Virus record (IMG/VR): IMGVR_UViG_3300027754_000074
DNA length: 20,000 bases
DNA from: an uncultured virus (IMG/VR IMGVR_UViG_3300027754_000074)
Lineage: Duplodnaviria; Heunggongvirae; Uroviricota; Caudoviricetes
Reading direction: 5' to 3' (one strand)
A model generated the notes under the pieces. The model had not been told where the DNA came from. It did not search any database and was given only the letters and a program-made list of their open reading frames with translations. The position numbers and the translations under genes are program-made. Below, in pieces: positions 8,659 through 16,278 of the stretch (position 1 is the stretch's first letter; each line of letters opens with the position of its first letter).

Positions 8659-8910
8659 CCATGTGGTTATCCCTTTTCTCATCCTCCGCCGGAGCCTCCG
8701 CCGGAAGGGGCATCGCATCATCGTTTTTCGATACGGGTAAGGCCGCCGCGCCCGCCGCGACCGCCGCGCCCGTGTTCCAACCTTCGACCCCCTACGCGCC
8801 CCCCGCGCCCCCGGACGCCCCGTTTTACCAGCAAGGATGGTTCGCGCCCGTCGCGGTCGTCGCGGGGCTGGGCGTAGTCGCCTTTTTCCTTTTGCCGAAG
8901 CGAGCGTAGC
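8470..8910 (+). repeat. diverged duplication, about 8470-8659 versus about 8751-8910
   Basis: Includes identical 29 bp ATGGTTCGCGCCCGTCGCGGTCGTCGCGG at 8586-8614 and 8837-8865, and a shared AAGCGAGCGTAGC end. Confidence 0.9.
8661..8909 (+). CDS. small membrane protein; paralog of the C-terminus of 8089-8658
   Basis: ATG 8661; ends PFYQQGWFAPVAVVAGLGVVAFFLLPKRA. Confidence 0.7.
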   Translation: MWLSLFSSSAGASAGRGIASSFFDTGKAAAPAATAAPVFQPSTPYAPPAPPDAPFYQQGWFAPVAVVAGLGVVAFFLLPKRA

Positions 8911-8913
8911 ACC

Positions 8914-9594
8914 ATGTACTCCCCTCATTCCCCGTGGGCGTCCCCGTCCTACCTCGGCGGCGACAACGAAAAGAAGCCCGCCGCCCCCGTGTTCAAGATT
9001 TACGATCCTCCGGCGTGGGCCGATGCCGCCCGTGCGGCTGCGGGCGGTGTCCCGGTAACGAAGCTCCGGGCGGCGGCGGAGTACCAAATCGCCAAAGCCT
9101 ATATCGGATCCCGCCTCTCCGATATGTCGCAGGCGGAGGACGTTTCCCTGTTCGCCCGCTCCGCAATTGACGACGTGGGCGCGCACTACCGCGCCGCCTA
9201 CTGGATCGCCGTGGCGGCGCGTATCGTCGGCTCGCGGTCGCTCGCGTTCGCAGCGGACAAGCAAGCGGTCAAGGCAACGCTACTCGGCGCATCGAGCTTC
9301 GTAGGCAAGCAATTTGTATCCAACGTCGGGCCGATTTTCTCGGACGCCGCCGCCACCGTGCGGAGCGCCGCCGGCTCGAACGGGGCGGCGCTCGCCGTCG
9401 CCTCGAAGCTCGACGCGCTCGCGCTCGAAGCGCAGGGGGCACCCGTGCAAACGGAAGCCGCCCGGCAAACCACCAATCCGTTTGACGACAAGGGGGTAAC
9501 CGGGATCAAGGTAGCCGCCGGTATCGCGGCGCTCGCCCTCGTCTACTACCTCGCCACGCGGAAGAGCGCGGCCCCCGCGACCGGAGCGCCCTAA
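8914..9594 (+). CDS. putative virion membrane protein, Ala-rich helical, C-terminal TM
   Basis: Ends IKVAAGIAALALVYYLATRK. Confidence 0.75.
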   Translation: MYSPHSPWASPSYLGGDNEKKPAAPVFKIYDPPAWADAARAAAGGVPVTKLRAAAEYQIAKAYIGSRLSDMSQAEDVSLFARSAIDDVGAHYRAAYWIAVAARIVGSRSLAFAADKQAVKATLLGASSFVGKQFVSNVGPIFSDAAATVRSAAGSNGAALAVASKLDALALEAQGAPVQTEAARQTTNPFDDKGVTGIKVAAGIAALALVYYLATRKSAAPATGAP

Positions 9595-10181
9595 TGCCGA
9601 TAAACCCTAAAACCCGGTACAAAAACTGGCATTGGGGCATCCCTTCTACGAAGGTCGTACAATGGAAAGATCCGGACTACCCCGACGAATTGATCGAGAT
9701 TGGGCGGCTGGCGGAGCTTCATTTCAAGCGGAGCAAGGCCGCGCCGTCGCAGATTATCAACGTCTCCCGCGAGTATATCAACCGGTCGCACGTCGCTTTT
9801 GACGCGAACCACAAGGCGCAGCGGATCTACCTCTACACCCCGACCGAGGTACGCCGGGCAGCGCTGCGGGCGTTCTGGAACCCTCGCGGGCAACGGTACA
9901 CCCTGCGGGAGCTATCGCGCATGGCGGGCGGGCGGCACGCGGACACGGCGCAGGGGCGGAATAGCTACCCGGATGTCGAGGTACAACCTATCGGTATCTT
10001 TACCGATATTACTTATTTTACGCACAAAAAGGGCGACGACGACGACAAGGGCGGATCCTACTACATTCACGAATTCGGGGAGGAATCGGGGATCCGCCCG
10101 ATCCTCGCCGTGGACGCGGCGGGCCGCTTTTGGATCGCCGGCGGTAACTACACTTGCCCGAATCCGGGCATTACAGATTAG
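9594..10181 (+). CDS. soluble hypothetical protein (195 aa)
   Basis: TAATG coupling; motif-like segments WHWG, LIEIGRL, YFTHKKGD, YIHEFGEESG, IAGGNY. Confidence 0.8.
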   Translation: MPINPKTRYKNWHWGIPSTKVVQWKDPDYPDELIEIGRLAELHFKRSKAAPSQIINVSREYINRSHVAFDANHKAQRIYLYTPTEVRRAALRAFWNPRGQRYTLRELSRMAGGRHADTAQGRNSYPDVEVQPIGIFTDITYFTHKKGDDDDKGGSYYIHEFGEESGIRPILAVDAAGRFWIAGGNYTCPNPGITD

Positions 10182-10191
10182 CGGAGGTTCT

Positions 10192-10392
10192 ATGTTTGGA
10201 TTTAGTGTCCCTTGGAAAGAGGTAGCCGTTGTTTTCGCCGTGGGCGCTGCTATGGCGTTCACCGCAAAGAAGCTCCCCGTAGTCAAGCGTGCCGTCGCTA
10301 ACCCTGTGATCGCCGGCGCGGCGCTCTACACGGTAGGCTACCTGCTCGCCACCAAGCGCCCCGCAGGCGGCTATCCCATGCTCGCAGGGTAG
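10192..10392 (+). CDS. small two-TM membrane protein (66 aa)
   Basis: GGAGG 10183-10187, ATG 10192; two hydrophobic helices. Confidence 0.7.
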   Translation: MFGFSVPWKEVAVVFAVGAAMAFTAKKLPVVKRAVANPVIAGAALYTVGYLLATKRPAGGYPMLAG

Positions 10393-10397
10393 TAGAC

Positions 10398-10652
10398 GTG
10401 GATCCGACTATCTCTCTGCCTCCCGATGCTTCCGTGGATCATTCTACCGGTGAAAACATTGGGGATGCTCCTTCGAGCGTCGGAGCCACCTCTGCGCCGC
10501 CTGAAGACTCCGGCGCGTCCTACAGGCCCGTTTCCGGCGATTTTGCGGCCCCCCCGCTTATCGTCGCTACGGGGATCGTTTGCCTGCTGTGGGCGCTGGT
10601 CAGCGCCACCACGCGCCGCCGGAAGCCCCCGGCGGAAAAGAGTACCCCGTGA
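10398..10652 (+). CDS. small protein with C-terminal TM plus basic tail
   Basis: LIVATGIVCLLWALVSATTRRRK. Confidence 0.6.
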   Translation: MDPTISLPPDASVDHSTGENIGDAPSSVGATSAPPEDSGASYRPVSGDFAAPPLIVATGIVCLLWALVSATTRRRKPPAEKSTP

Positions 10653-11098
10653 ACCCCGCCGACTCCGCACCTGTCGAGACGCCCGCCCCCCCTGCGGAAG
10701 CGGTCGCCACCGTCGCACCTGTCGCCCCCCTTGTGGAGACGATAGCCGCCCCCTCGGTGCCTACCGGGCCGTTTCGCACCCTTTACGAAAGTTTCAGCGG
10801 AACGCTTACCGCTGTGGCTATCGGCGTGGTGATCATTGTCGGGATTCAGTTTGTTGTAAGCCGCATTTTCAACGGTGCGCGTTCGATGTCGGATAGCCTG
10901 ACCACGTTTGCTACCTCGATGGTCGCCGTGCTTGTCGGGATCTACGTCTGCGACCTATTGATCGCCGGCCCCGATACCTCCCTGCTAAATGCGAGCGAGC
11001 GCACAACAATCGTGACGTTTATCAAGGACATTTCCCTTATGTGCTTCAGTTACTACTTTGGGAGTAAGACCGGAAGCGCGCCGGGAGACAACCGGTGA
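10649..11098 (+). CDS. three-TM holin-like protein
   Basis: GTGA-coupled start; three hydrophobic segments and a terminal YYFGS, typical of 3-TM holin-like families; lies upstream of the endolysin. Confidence 0.55.
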   Translation: MNPADSAPVETPAPPAEAVATVAPVAPLVETIAAPSVPTGPFRTLYESFSGTLTAVAIGVVIIVGIQFVVSRIFNGARSMSDSLTTFATSMVAVLVGIYVCDLLIAGPDTSLLNASERTTIVTFIKDISLMCFSYYFGSKTGSAPGDNR

Positions 11099-11427
11099 GC
11101 GACGATACCCGTCCGCTCGCCGTGTCGGAGGATAGCTCAGTCGCCATCCCGCTCCGAAGTCTGGTGAGCTTGCTCGCCGCCGTCGCTACGGCGGTGTGGG
11201 GGTACTCGGAGCTAAACGGGCGCGTAACCACACTCGAAAACAAAACCCTGAGCATTGACGAGCACGTTTCCCAACTGGAGCAGTCCAATCGTGACGCCGC
11301 CACGGGGGTTGACCCTTGGGCGACCGACGTAGAGCAATCTACCCGGATCGGGCGCATCGAATCCGACATCAAGCGCATCGAAGAACTGTATTTGCAAGCA
11401 CATAACGATAAGGAATGTACCCCGTGA
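11095..11427 (+). CDS. single-TM plus coiled-coil protein, probably lysis accessory
   Basis: LVSLLAAVATAVWGY followed by heptad repeats; between the holin-like gene and the endolysin. Confidence 0.6.
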   Translation: MSDDTRPLAVSEDSSVAIPLRSLVSLLAAVATAVWGYSELNGRVTTLENKTLSIDEHVSQLEQSNRDAATGVDPWATDVEQSTRIGRIESDIKRIEELYLQAHNDKECTP

Positions 11428-11876
11428 ACCTCTCCCCGCACTTTACGCTCGAAGAGCTTACCCGTACCAGTCAAACCGCGTTGCAAGCTAAGAACCGCGA
11501 AGAGGCGCAGGCGTACATCCCCTCGCTTACGAAGCTGGCGGAGCTTTTGGAGGTTGTACGGGCGCATTTCGGAAAGCCTCTGAAGATCAATAGCGGTTTT
11601 CGTGGCCCCGCTGTCAACGCGGGTACGCCCGGAAGCAGCAAAACAAGCCAGCATATGCGCGGGGAAGCGGCTGATTTTGGCATCCCCGGCGTAGACGACG
11701 CGGAGCTACACCGCTGGATCGTGAAGGATTCCGGCCTGAAATTTGGACAATGTATCCTCGAACGCCCGCCGGGCCGGTCGTGGGTACACGTCTCGATTTG
11801 CGGCACCCGCGACCCGTCCCGCTGCGGCGAAGCCCTGACGTTCGACGGCTCGAAGTACGCGCCCTATAAAGGCTGA
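11424..11876 (+). CDS. peptidase M15-family zinc peptidase, probable endolysin
   Basis: LSPHFTLEEL...SGFR...N...SQHMRGEAADF...WVHVS matches the M15A (Peptidase_M15_3) pattern; start GTG 11424 or ATG 11415. Confidence 0.9.
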   Translation: MNLSPHFTLEELTRTSQTALQAKNREEAQAYIPSLTKLAELLEVVRAHFGKPLKINSGFRGPAVNAGTPGSSKTSQHMRGEAADFGIPGVDDAELHRWIVKDSGLKFGQCILERPPGRSWVHVSICGTRDPSRCGEALTFDGSKYAPYKG

Positions 11877-11877
11877 A

Positions 11878-12165
11878 TCAACCGGGGCGGATCCCCAACG
11901 GATCCTCCCCCGCCTCTCCGGCGAACGGCGACTCCCCCGTGAACGGGCCGGCGCTCGCCACCAACAATATCTCCCGCTCGCGCCGCTCGACCCAATGCGT
12001 CAGGCACTCGCGCACCCCATCCGAGAGATTCCATGCGCCGTGGGTGCGCTCCCTGTCCCACTCTACGATCCTGTGGATCCGGTTCAGCAGCATCCGGCGC
12101 ATCCGTACCCGCATGATCACGGGCTCGCGGATGTCCCCTACAGCGTATTTTTTTCTGGCGGCCAT
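11878..12165 (-). CDS. ribbon-helix-helix (CopG/Arc-like) transcription regulator
   Basis: ATG at 12165 with GAGG upstream; VIMRVRM strand, LLNRIHRIVE helix, NLSDGVRECL helix; the only credible minus-strand gene. Confidence 0.65.
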   Translation of the reverse strand: MAARKKYAVGDIREPVIMRVRMRRMLLNRIHRIVEWDRERTHGAWNLSDGVRECLTHWVERREREILLVASAGPFTGESPFAGEAGEDPLGIRPG

Positions 12166-12225
12166 GTACGAAACCTCGAAGCGGACGGGTGAAAAGAGAG
12201 CGTTATCCCGAAGGAAACGAAAAGC

Positions 12226-12260
12226 GTAGCACACACAAGGCCACAACGTAGCACGTTTCT
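12226..12260. promoter_or_regulatory. candidate operator/promoter with repeated GTAGCAC between divergent genes
   Basis: GTAGCACA (12226-12233) and GTAGCACGTTTCT (12248-12260), 22 bp apart. Confidence 0.45.
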
Positions 12261-12337
12261 GTGCCGGATCGCGTTGCCCGTCGCGCCTCGCCGGGGGAAG
12301 ATGCCCCATCCTTCCGTTCACCTCTCTGGAGTACCCC

Positions 12338-13543
12338 ATGATCCACCGTCGCAACCCGATGCCCATGTCTGGGGCTATTTTCCTGACCAACGGCAAGCGC
12401 CGTAACGGCAAGCGCCACAGCAAGAAGCACGGCGCGCACGGTCGCGTGATCGCTCGCTTCAACCGCTCCCGCAAGCGCCGTAACGGTTTGGCCGTTCGTA
12501 CCAACCGCAAGCGCCGTAACGGGCTCGCCGTCCGCACCAACCGCAAGCGCCGTAACGGGCTCGCCGTCCGTACCAACGGTTTGGCCGTTCGTACCAACGG
12601 AAAGCACCGCCGTAACGGAAAGCACCGCCGTAACGGGCTCGCCGTCCGTACCAACGGAAAGCGCCGCAGCGGCGGCGGCGGCGGCTTGTCGCTCAACGCC
12701 ATTTTCTCCCCCGTCGCCAAGATCCTGAACAAGATCCCCGGCGGCAAGATGATCACCCCGTACCTCGCCCCGGCGGCGTTCGGCGCGCTCGGCCTGCTCG
12801 GCGTCCATATTGGTCTGAAGCTCGGCGCACGCTTCATTCCTACGATGGTCAAGGGCTACGTCACCCCCGTAGGCTACACCCTCGGCGGCCTTGTCCTCGG
12901 CGCGCTGGTGCAGTTTGTCCCCGGTATCGCCAAGAACGACAAAAAGGCGCTCGCGGCGGCTATGATCGTCGGCGGAGCCGGCGTTGACGTGTTCCGCAAG
13001 CTCACCAACTCCACCACGCTTGGCGACGAGTACGGCGAAGGCGGCCTGTGGCAGCTTGGCGGCGACGAACTCGGCGGCGAGATGGCGATGAGCTACCACG
13101 ACGCCGACGCCGCCGCGCTCGGTTCCGAGTACGCCGACGCCGAAATGGCCGATGCCTACTACAGCGGAGCCGACCTTGACTCCGTGGAAGGCGAGGCCGC
13201 TTTGGCTGGCCCGAAGAATTGGCGTCGTCGCTTCCCCGCGACCCGCCGGGCCTCCGGCGCGAAGACGGCGTGTAGCCGCCACGCGCAGAAGCACGGTCAC
13301 CGCTGGGCGTGGCTCTGCAAGCTCGTCGGTTTCCAGAATTTCCAAGCGATTGTCGCTCTCCCCGCTGAACAGCGTGTCGCCTACATCGCGCAGCTTCGGC
13401 AGCAGGCGATCAGCAGCATCCCCGGCGGCAGCTACCCCCGCTCCGCTGAGCTTTCCATGAATATGCCTTCCGGGCAGAATTCCGTGATCGAAGGCTACGG
13501 CGCGACCATGTACGCCGGTGGCGGCGCTGGCGCAGCGTTCTAA
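12338..13543 (+). CDS. putative core/DNA-condensing membrane protein with Arg-rich RRNG/RTNG repeats
   Basis: GGAG before ATG; basic tandem repeats, then 2-3 hydrophobic helices, an acidic Gly-rich linker and a C-terminal domain; immediately upstream of the capsid candidate. Confidence 0.8.
   Translation: MIHRRNPMPMSGAIFLTNGKRRNGKRHSKKHGAHGRVIARFNRSRKRRNGLAVRTNRKRRNGLAVRTNRKRRNGLAVRTNGLAVRTNGKHRRNGKHRRNGLAVRTNGKRRSGGGGGLSLNAIFSPVAKILNKIPGGKMITPYLAPAAFGALGLLGVHIGLKLGARFIPTMVKGYVTPVGYTLGGLVLGALVQFVPGIAKNDKKALAAAMIVGGAGVDVFRKLTNSTTLGDEYGEGGLWQLGGDELGGEMAMSYHDADAAALGSEYADAEMADAYYSGADLDSVEGEAALAGPKNWRRRFPATRRASGAKTACSRHAQKHGHRWAWLCKLVGFQNFQAIVALPAEQRVAYIAQLRQQAISSIPGGSYPRSAELSMNMPSGQNSVIEGYGATMYAGGGAGAAF
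12470..12667 (+). repeat. coding tandem repeat of 18/36-bp units (RKRRNG, LAVRTN[G], KHRRNG)
   Basis: Near-identical units such as CGCAAGCGCCGTAACGGGCTCGCCGTCCGTACCAAC; two synonymous variants of LAVRTN. Confidence 0.95.
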
Positions 13544-13548
13544 GCTCT

Positions 13549-13576
13549 TCCGCCGCCTCTTCACGGGGGCGGCGGA
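13549..13576 (+). other. strong RNA hairpin upstream of the capsid candidate (processing, stabilising or attenuating)
   Basis: TCCGCCGCCTC / GGGGCGGCGGA 11-bp stem followed by a long pyrimidine tract. Confidence 0.55.
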
Positions 13577-13618
13577 TCCCCTTTCCCTGTCTCTCTTTTC
13601 CTGACTTTTGGAGTTTTC

Positions 13619-14338
13619 ATGTACCACGCTCCCGGTTCTATCGTTCTCGGCACTGACACCGGTGCCGCTCTCCCCCAGATGCCCCTTGACGCGCCGAAGC
13701 AGCTTTTCCGCTACGGCGAGCAGTCGATTTGGTCGAGCCAGTTTCACGCTGGCGCTTCCGCTATTGTAAACGGCACTTTCCGCCTGTTCACTACCCCGCA
13801 GGGGCAGCAGGGGCAGGGCTATAACGGCGGTTTGTCCATCGCGGAAACCAACCTGAAAGAAGGAGGCAGGATCCCCAACGGCGTCGCTTACGACGTGTTC
13901 GGTATCGCTCTCCAGCCCGCGCACTTCTCGCAGGCTGCGGACTCGCAGACCGCCGGGCAGGCTGTTGACAACGCCGTTGAAATTGGCGACCTGACCAACA
14001 TCCTTGCGAACGGTGTTGCGACCTGGGACTTCACCCAAACTACCGTCGATGTTTGCCCCCTCACCCTCATCGGTGCCGGCGGCGGCGTCTTCGGCGCTCT
14101 CGCGGCAGCGGTCGGCGCGGTTCCTACCGCTGGTGCGGCGATCACCACGGTCGGCAACATGAATAATGGTGCTGGATCCGTATGGCTTTATAGAAAGTAC
14201 CCGATTGCTTTGCCCGGAAACACGACTTTTGCGATGCTGCTTCGCTACGGTTCCCGCGCTCCGAACATCGGCACCAACGCCATCGAGCTTCGCTTCGTCC
14301 TGCTTGGCTACTATAAGAACATTATTGAGATTGCGTAG
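13619..14338 (+). CDS. probable major capsid protein (beta-rich, jelly-roll-type candidate)
   Basis: Clear GGAG RBS, codon usage of a highly expressed gene, hairpins on both sides, alternating beta-strand pattern (FRLFTTP..G, ETNL..GGRIP.G..YDVFGI, IELRFVLLG). Fold is inferred. Confidence 0.6.
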   Translation: MYHAPGSIVLGTDTGAALPQMPLDAPKQLFRYGEQSIWSSQFHAGASAIVNGTFRLFTTPQGQQGQGYNGGLSIAETNLKEGGRIPNGVAYDVFGIALQPAHFSQAADSQTAGQAVDNAVEIGDLTNILANGVATWDFTQTTVDVCPLTLIGAGGGVFGALAAAVGAVPTAGAAITTVGNMNNGAGSVWLYRKYPIALPGNTTFAMLLRYGSRAPNIGTNAIELRFVLLGYYKNIIEIA

Positions 14339-14387
14339 CTTATACCTACGTTTCTCGCGGATGTTGTAGTCCAAAAGAACACCCGTT

Positions 14388-14420
14388 AGGCGGTACTCTC
14401 TCGCGGGGGTGCCGCCTTTC
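14388..14420 (+). terminator. intrinsic terminator-like hairpin after the capsid candidate
   Basis: AGGCGGTACTCTC-TCGC-GGGGGTGCCGCCT stem-loop followed by a short T run. Confidence 0.6.
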
Positions 14421-14488
14421 GCGTAGCGGGATAGCGATAGCTTCCCTTCCTTTTCCCTTTGCCCCCCGCCCCCTTCGGAGCCGCCTCA

Positions 14489-15202
14489 ATGTACCAAGAC
14501 TCTTTCGGTCGCCCTTGCGATCAAAACGGCTACCTCGTTGACCCGCGCACGAAAGAGTACATTCGGGGGCCGAACGGGCAACCCGTACACTCGTCGCAGG
14601 CTCCCGCCGCGCCGGGGTACGGCGGCATGAACACCAGCAACTACGGGAAAGAGCCGCCTCCGCCCCCGATGGACGCCTCTGCGACCCTGACGCAGCCGAA
14701 AATGGCCGACCTCGGACGCCGCGACGACGGGCAGCCGGAGTGGTATCGCATGGCGTGGTTCCCTACCTCGCCGTTTTTCAGCACGCGCCCGGACGTGGGC
14801 TATCAACCCCGCTTCTACTCGGTCGAGGTACTGAACGCCGCAGCGGGTACGGAGGTCGTCTCGACCATCCAATTTGACCTCCCGTGCCGTGTCGTGGCGA
14901 TCAATGGATCCTCGTTCTCGACCGCCGCCGGAAACACGCTCCCCGTGGGCGTTGGCCCCCGCGATTCCTTCATGTTCCGTATGGAGTACACCACGGGCGA
15001 CCGCCTGCACATCAACAGCCGGATCGCCTCTCTGTACGTCGGTACGGCGGAGCGTCCGGGTGAGATCGGCGGCGTCGGGTACACCATCGACGGCGGATCG
15101 GTCAGCATCGGGATTACCCCGCTGATCGCCAACCTCCGGATCAATATCGCGCTGCATTGTGTCGAAATGCGCGGCCCCCGCAACTACGTCACTAGCCGGT
15201 AG
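14489..15202 (+). CDS. putative minor capsid/vertex protein: low-complexity N-terminus, beta-sandwich C-terminus
   Basis: GGAG 14477-14480, ATG 14489; C-terminal ~120 aa of alternating beta strands. Confidence 0.6.
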   Translation: MYQDSFGRPCDQNGYLVDPRTKEYIRGPNGQPVHSSQAPAAPGYGGMNTSNYGKEPPPPPMDASATLTQPKMADLGRRDDGQPEWYRMAWFPTSPFFSTRPDVGYQPRFYSVEVLNAAAGTEVVSTIQFDLPCRVVAINGSSFSTAAGNTLPVGVGPRDSFMFRMEYTTGDRLHINSRIASLYVGTAERPGEIGGVGYTIDGGSVSIGITPLIANLRINIALHCVEMRGPRNYVTSR

Positions 15203-15220
15203 CACCGGGATAGAGGGACT

Positions 15221-15883
15221 ATGCCGCAAGGCCCGAGCAATTCCGGATGGCCCCCGTCAAACCCTCCGGGGTTTTTCGGGCCGTTCAACCCCGTGGGGCC
15301 GTCTGCGAACCCCGGCGGCACAAACCCGTTTCCGCTCCCGTCCAATCTCCCTGTTCCCTCGCATGACTTCCCCCGCAACCTGCTAACGTGGGTAGCGGGT
15401 AGCCCCTCCGGAAACCCGGTGTCAGGCGTGACGGAAGCAACGCTGTGGACGGCGACGTGGAACACGGCGATCCTCGACCTCCGCCCGGAGCTTCGCGCCT
15501 CGAACGTAGCCGCGCCCATGAACGTATGCCCCGTGTGGCGGCAGACCTACGGGGTGGGCGGTCAGCTATTCGTGCAGGTAGAAAACCTGCTCGGCACGAT
15601 CCAGACCAACGGCAGCACGCCGAATTGGCTAAATAACCTCGTTGTAAGCTCTATCGAATCGGCGCACCCGAACGATCCGGCGCTTGTCGCCACGGCGATT
15701 CAGCCGGAGGACATTTCGAGCAACTTTACCAACCAGCAGCAGGCGGCGATCCTGACGTTCACCCCGCCCGGTTTAGGGTGCCCCGTGCGTTACTGGCAAT
15801 CGACGCTTGTTTTTGACATCCTCGATGTTCCGGGCTCCCCTACCCCGCCCCCCATTTTCTTTATCTCTGCGGCGTACTACTAA
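15221..15883 (+). CDS. putative structural protein, Pro/Asn/Gly-rich N-terminus, beta-rich body
   Basis: GAGGG RBS; position in the structural block; TAATG coupling to the next gene. Confidence 0.65.
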   Translation: MPQGPSNSGWPPSNPPGFFGPFNPVGPSANPGGTNPFPLPSNLPVPSHDFPRNLLTWVAGSPSGNPVSGVTEATLWTATWNTAILDLRPELRASNVAAPMNVCPVWRQTYGVGGQLFVQVENLLGTIQTNGSTPNWLNNLVVSSIESAHPNDPALVATAIQPEDISSNFTNQQQAAILTFTPPGLGCPVRYWQSTLVFDILDVPGSPTPPPIFFISAAYY

Positions 15884-16269
15884 TGCCTATCGCACGTCCC
15901 TACGGCAACGGCAGTACGGCGGCGACCTCGCCCCCGTGCAACCTCCGCCGCACTATCACCCTCGCCGACGACAACACGTTTGCGACGACGCCCCTGCTTG
16001 TCGAGGGCTTGCCAAACCTGTTTTTATGGGCGTGGCAAACGAGCGGCAACGTGGCGGGCACGATGCTCTGGCAATGGTCGGCACGCGCCACCACAGGCCC
16101 GCTCGATGAGTGGTTGCCCTTGCTTCCCTCCACGGGTACGCCGCTTGTGGTCGGATCGAACGTCTACTACAACGTCCCGGCGTTCAGCGCGAAGCGGATC
16201 CGCCTGCAACTGACGCGCTCGCTGGGCGTGGCTACCACCGTCGAGATTTTCTACGGCGGCACCGTCTAA
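15883..16269 (+). CDS. putative small beta-sandwich structural protein (128 aa)
   Basis: Short strands ending KRIRLQLT...VEIFYGG. Confidence 0.6.
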   Translation: MPIARPYGNGSTAATSPPCNLRRTITLADDNTFATTPLLVEGLPNLFLWAWQTSGNVAGTMLWQWSARATTGPLDEWLPLLPSTGTPLVVGSNVYYNVPAFSAKRIRLQLTRSLGVATTVEIFYGGTV

Positions 16270-16278
16270 GGGGGGATC

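Noticed and set aside
8470..8910. Duplication as a DGR template/variable repeat pair
   Set aside because: Differences are not confined to adenines, include an indel, both copies are coding, and no reverse transcriptase is visible
7828..9264. 478-aa minus-strand ORF and many other short alternative-frame ORFs
   Set aside because: They overlap coupled plus-strand genes and have Arg/Gly/Pro-rich off-frame composition
10066..10086. HEFGE in the 9594 protein as a zincin HExxH site
   Set aside because: The second His is missing, so a metalloprotease call is not supported
12470..12667. Tandem 36-bp repeats as a CRISPR array
   Set aside because: No unique spacers, unit lengths are multiples of 3, they lie within an ORF, and no cas genes are present
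11878..12852. 324-aa minus-strand ORF as given in the track
   Set aside because: The N-terminal two thirds is the antisense of the repeat array; only 11878-12165 has an RBS and an RHH-like sequence
12203..14374. 723-aa minus-strand ORF
   Set aside because: Antisense shadow of two in-frame, strongly codon-biased plus-strand genes in GC-rich DNA; no recognisable motifs
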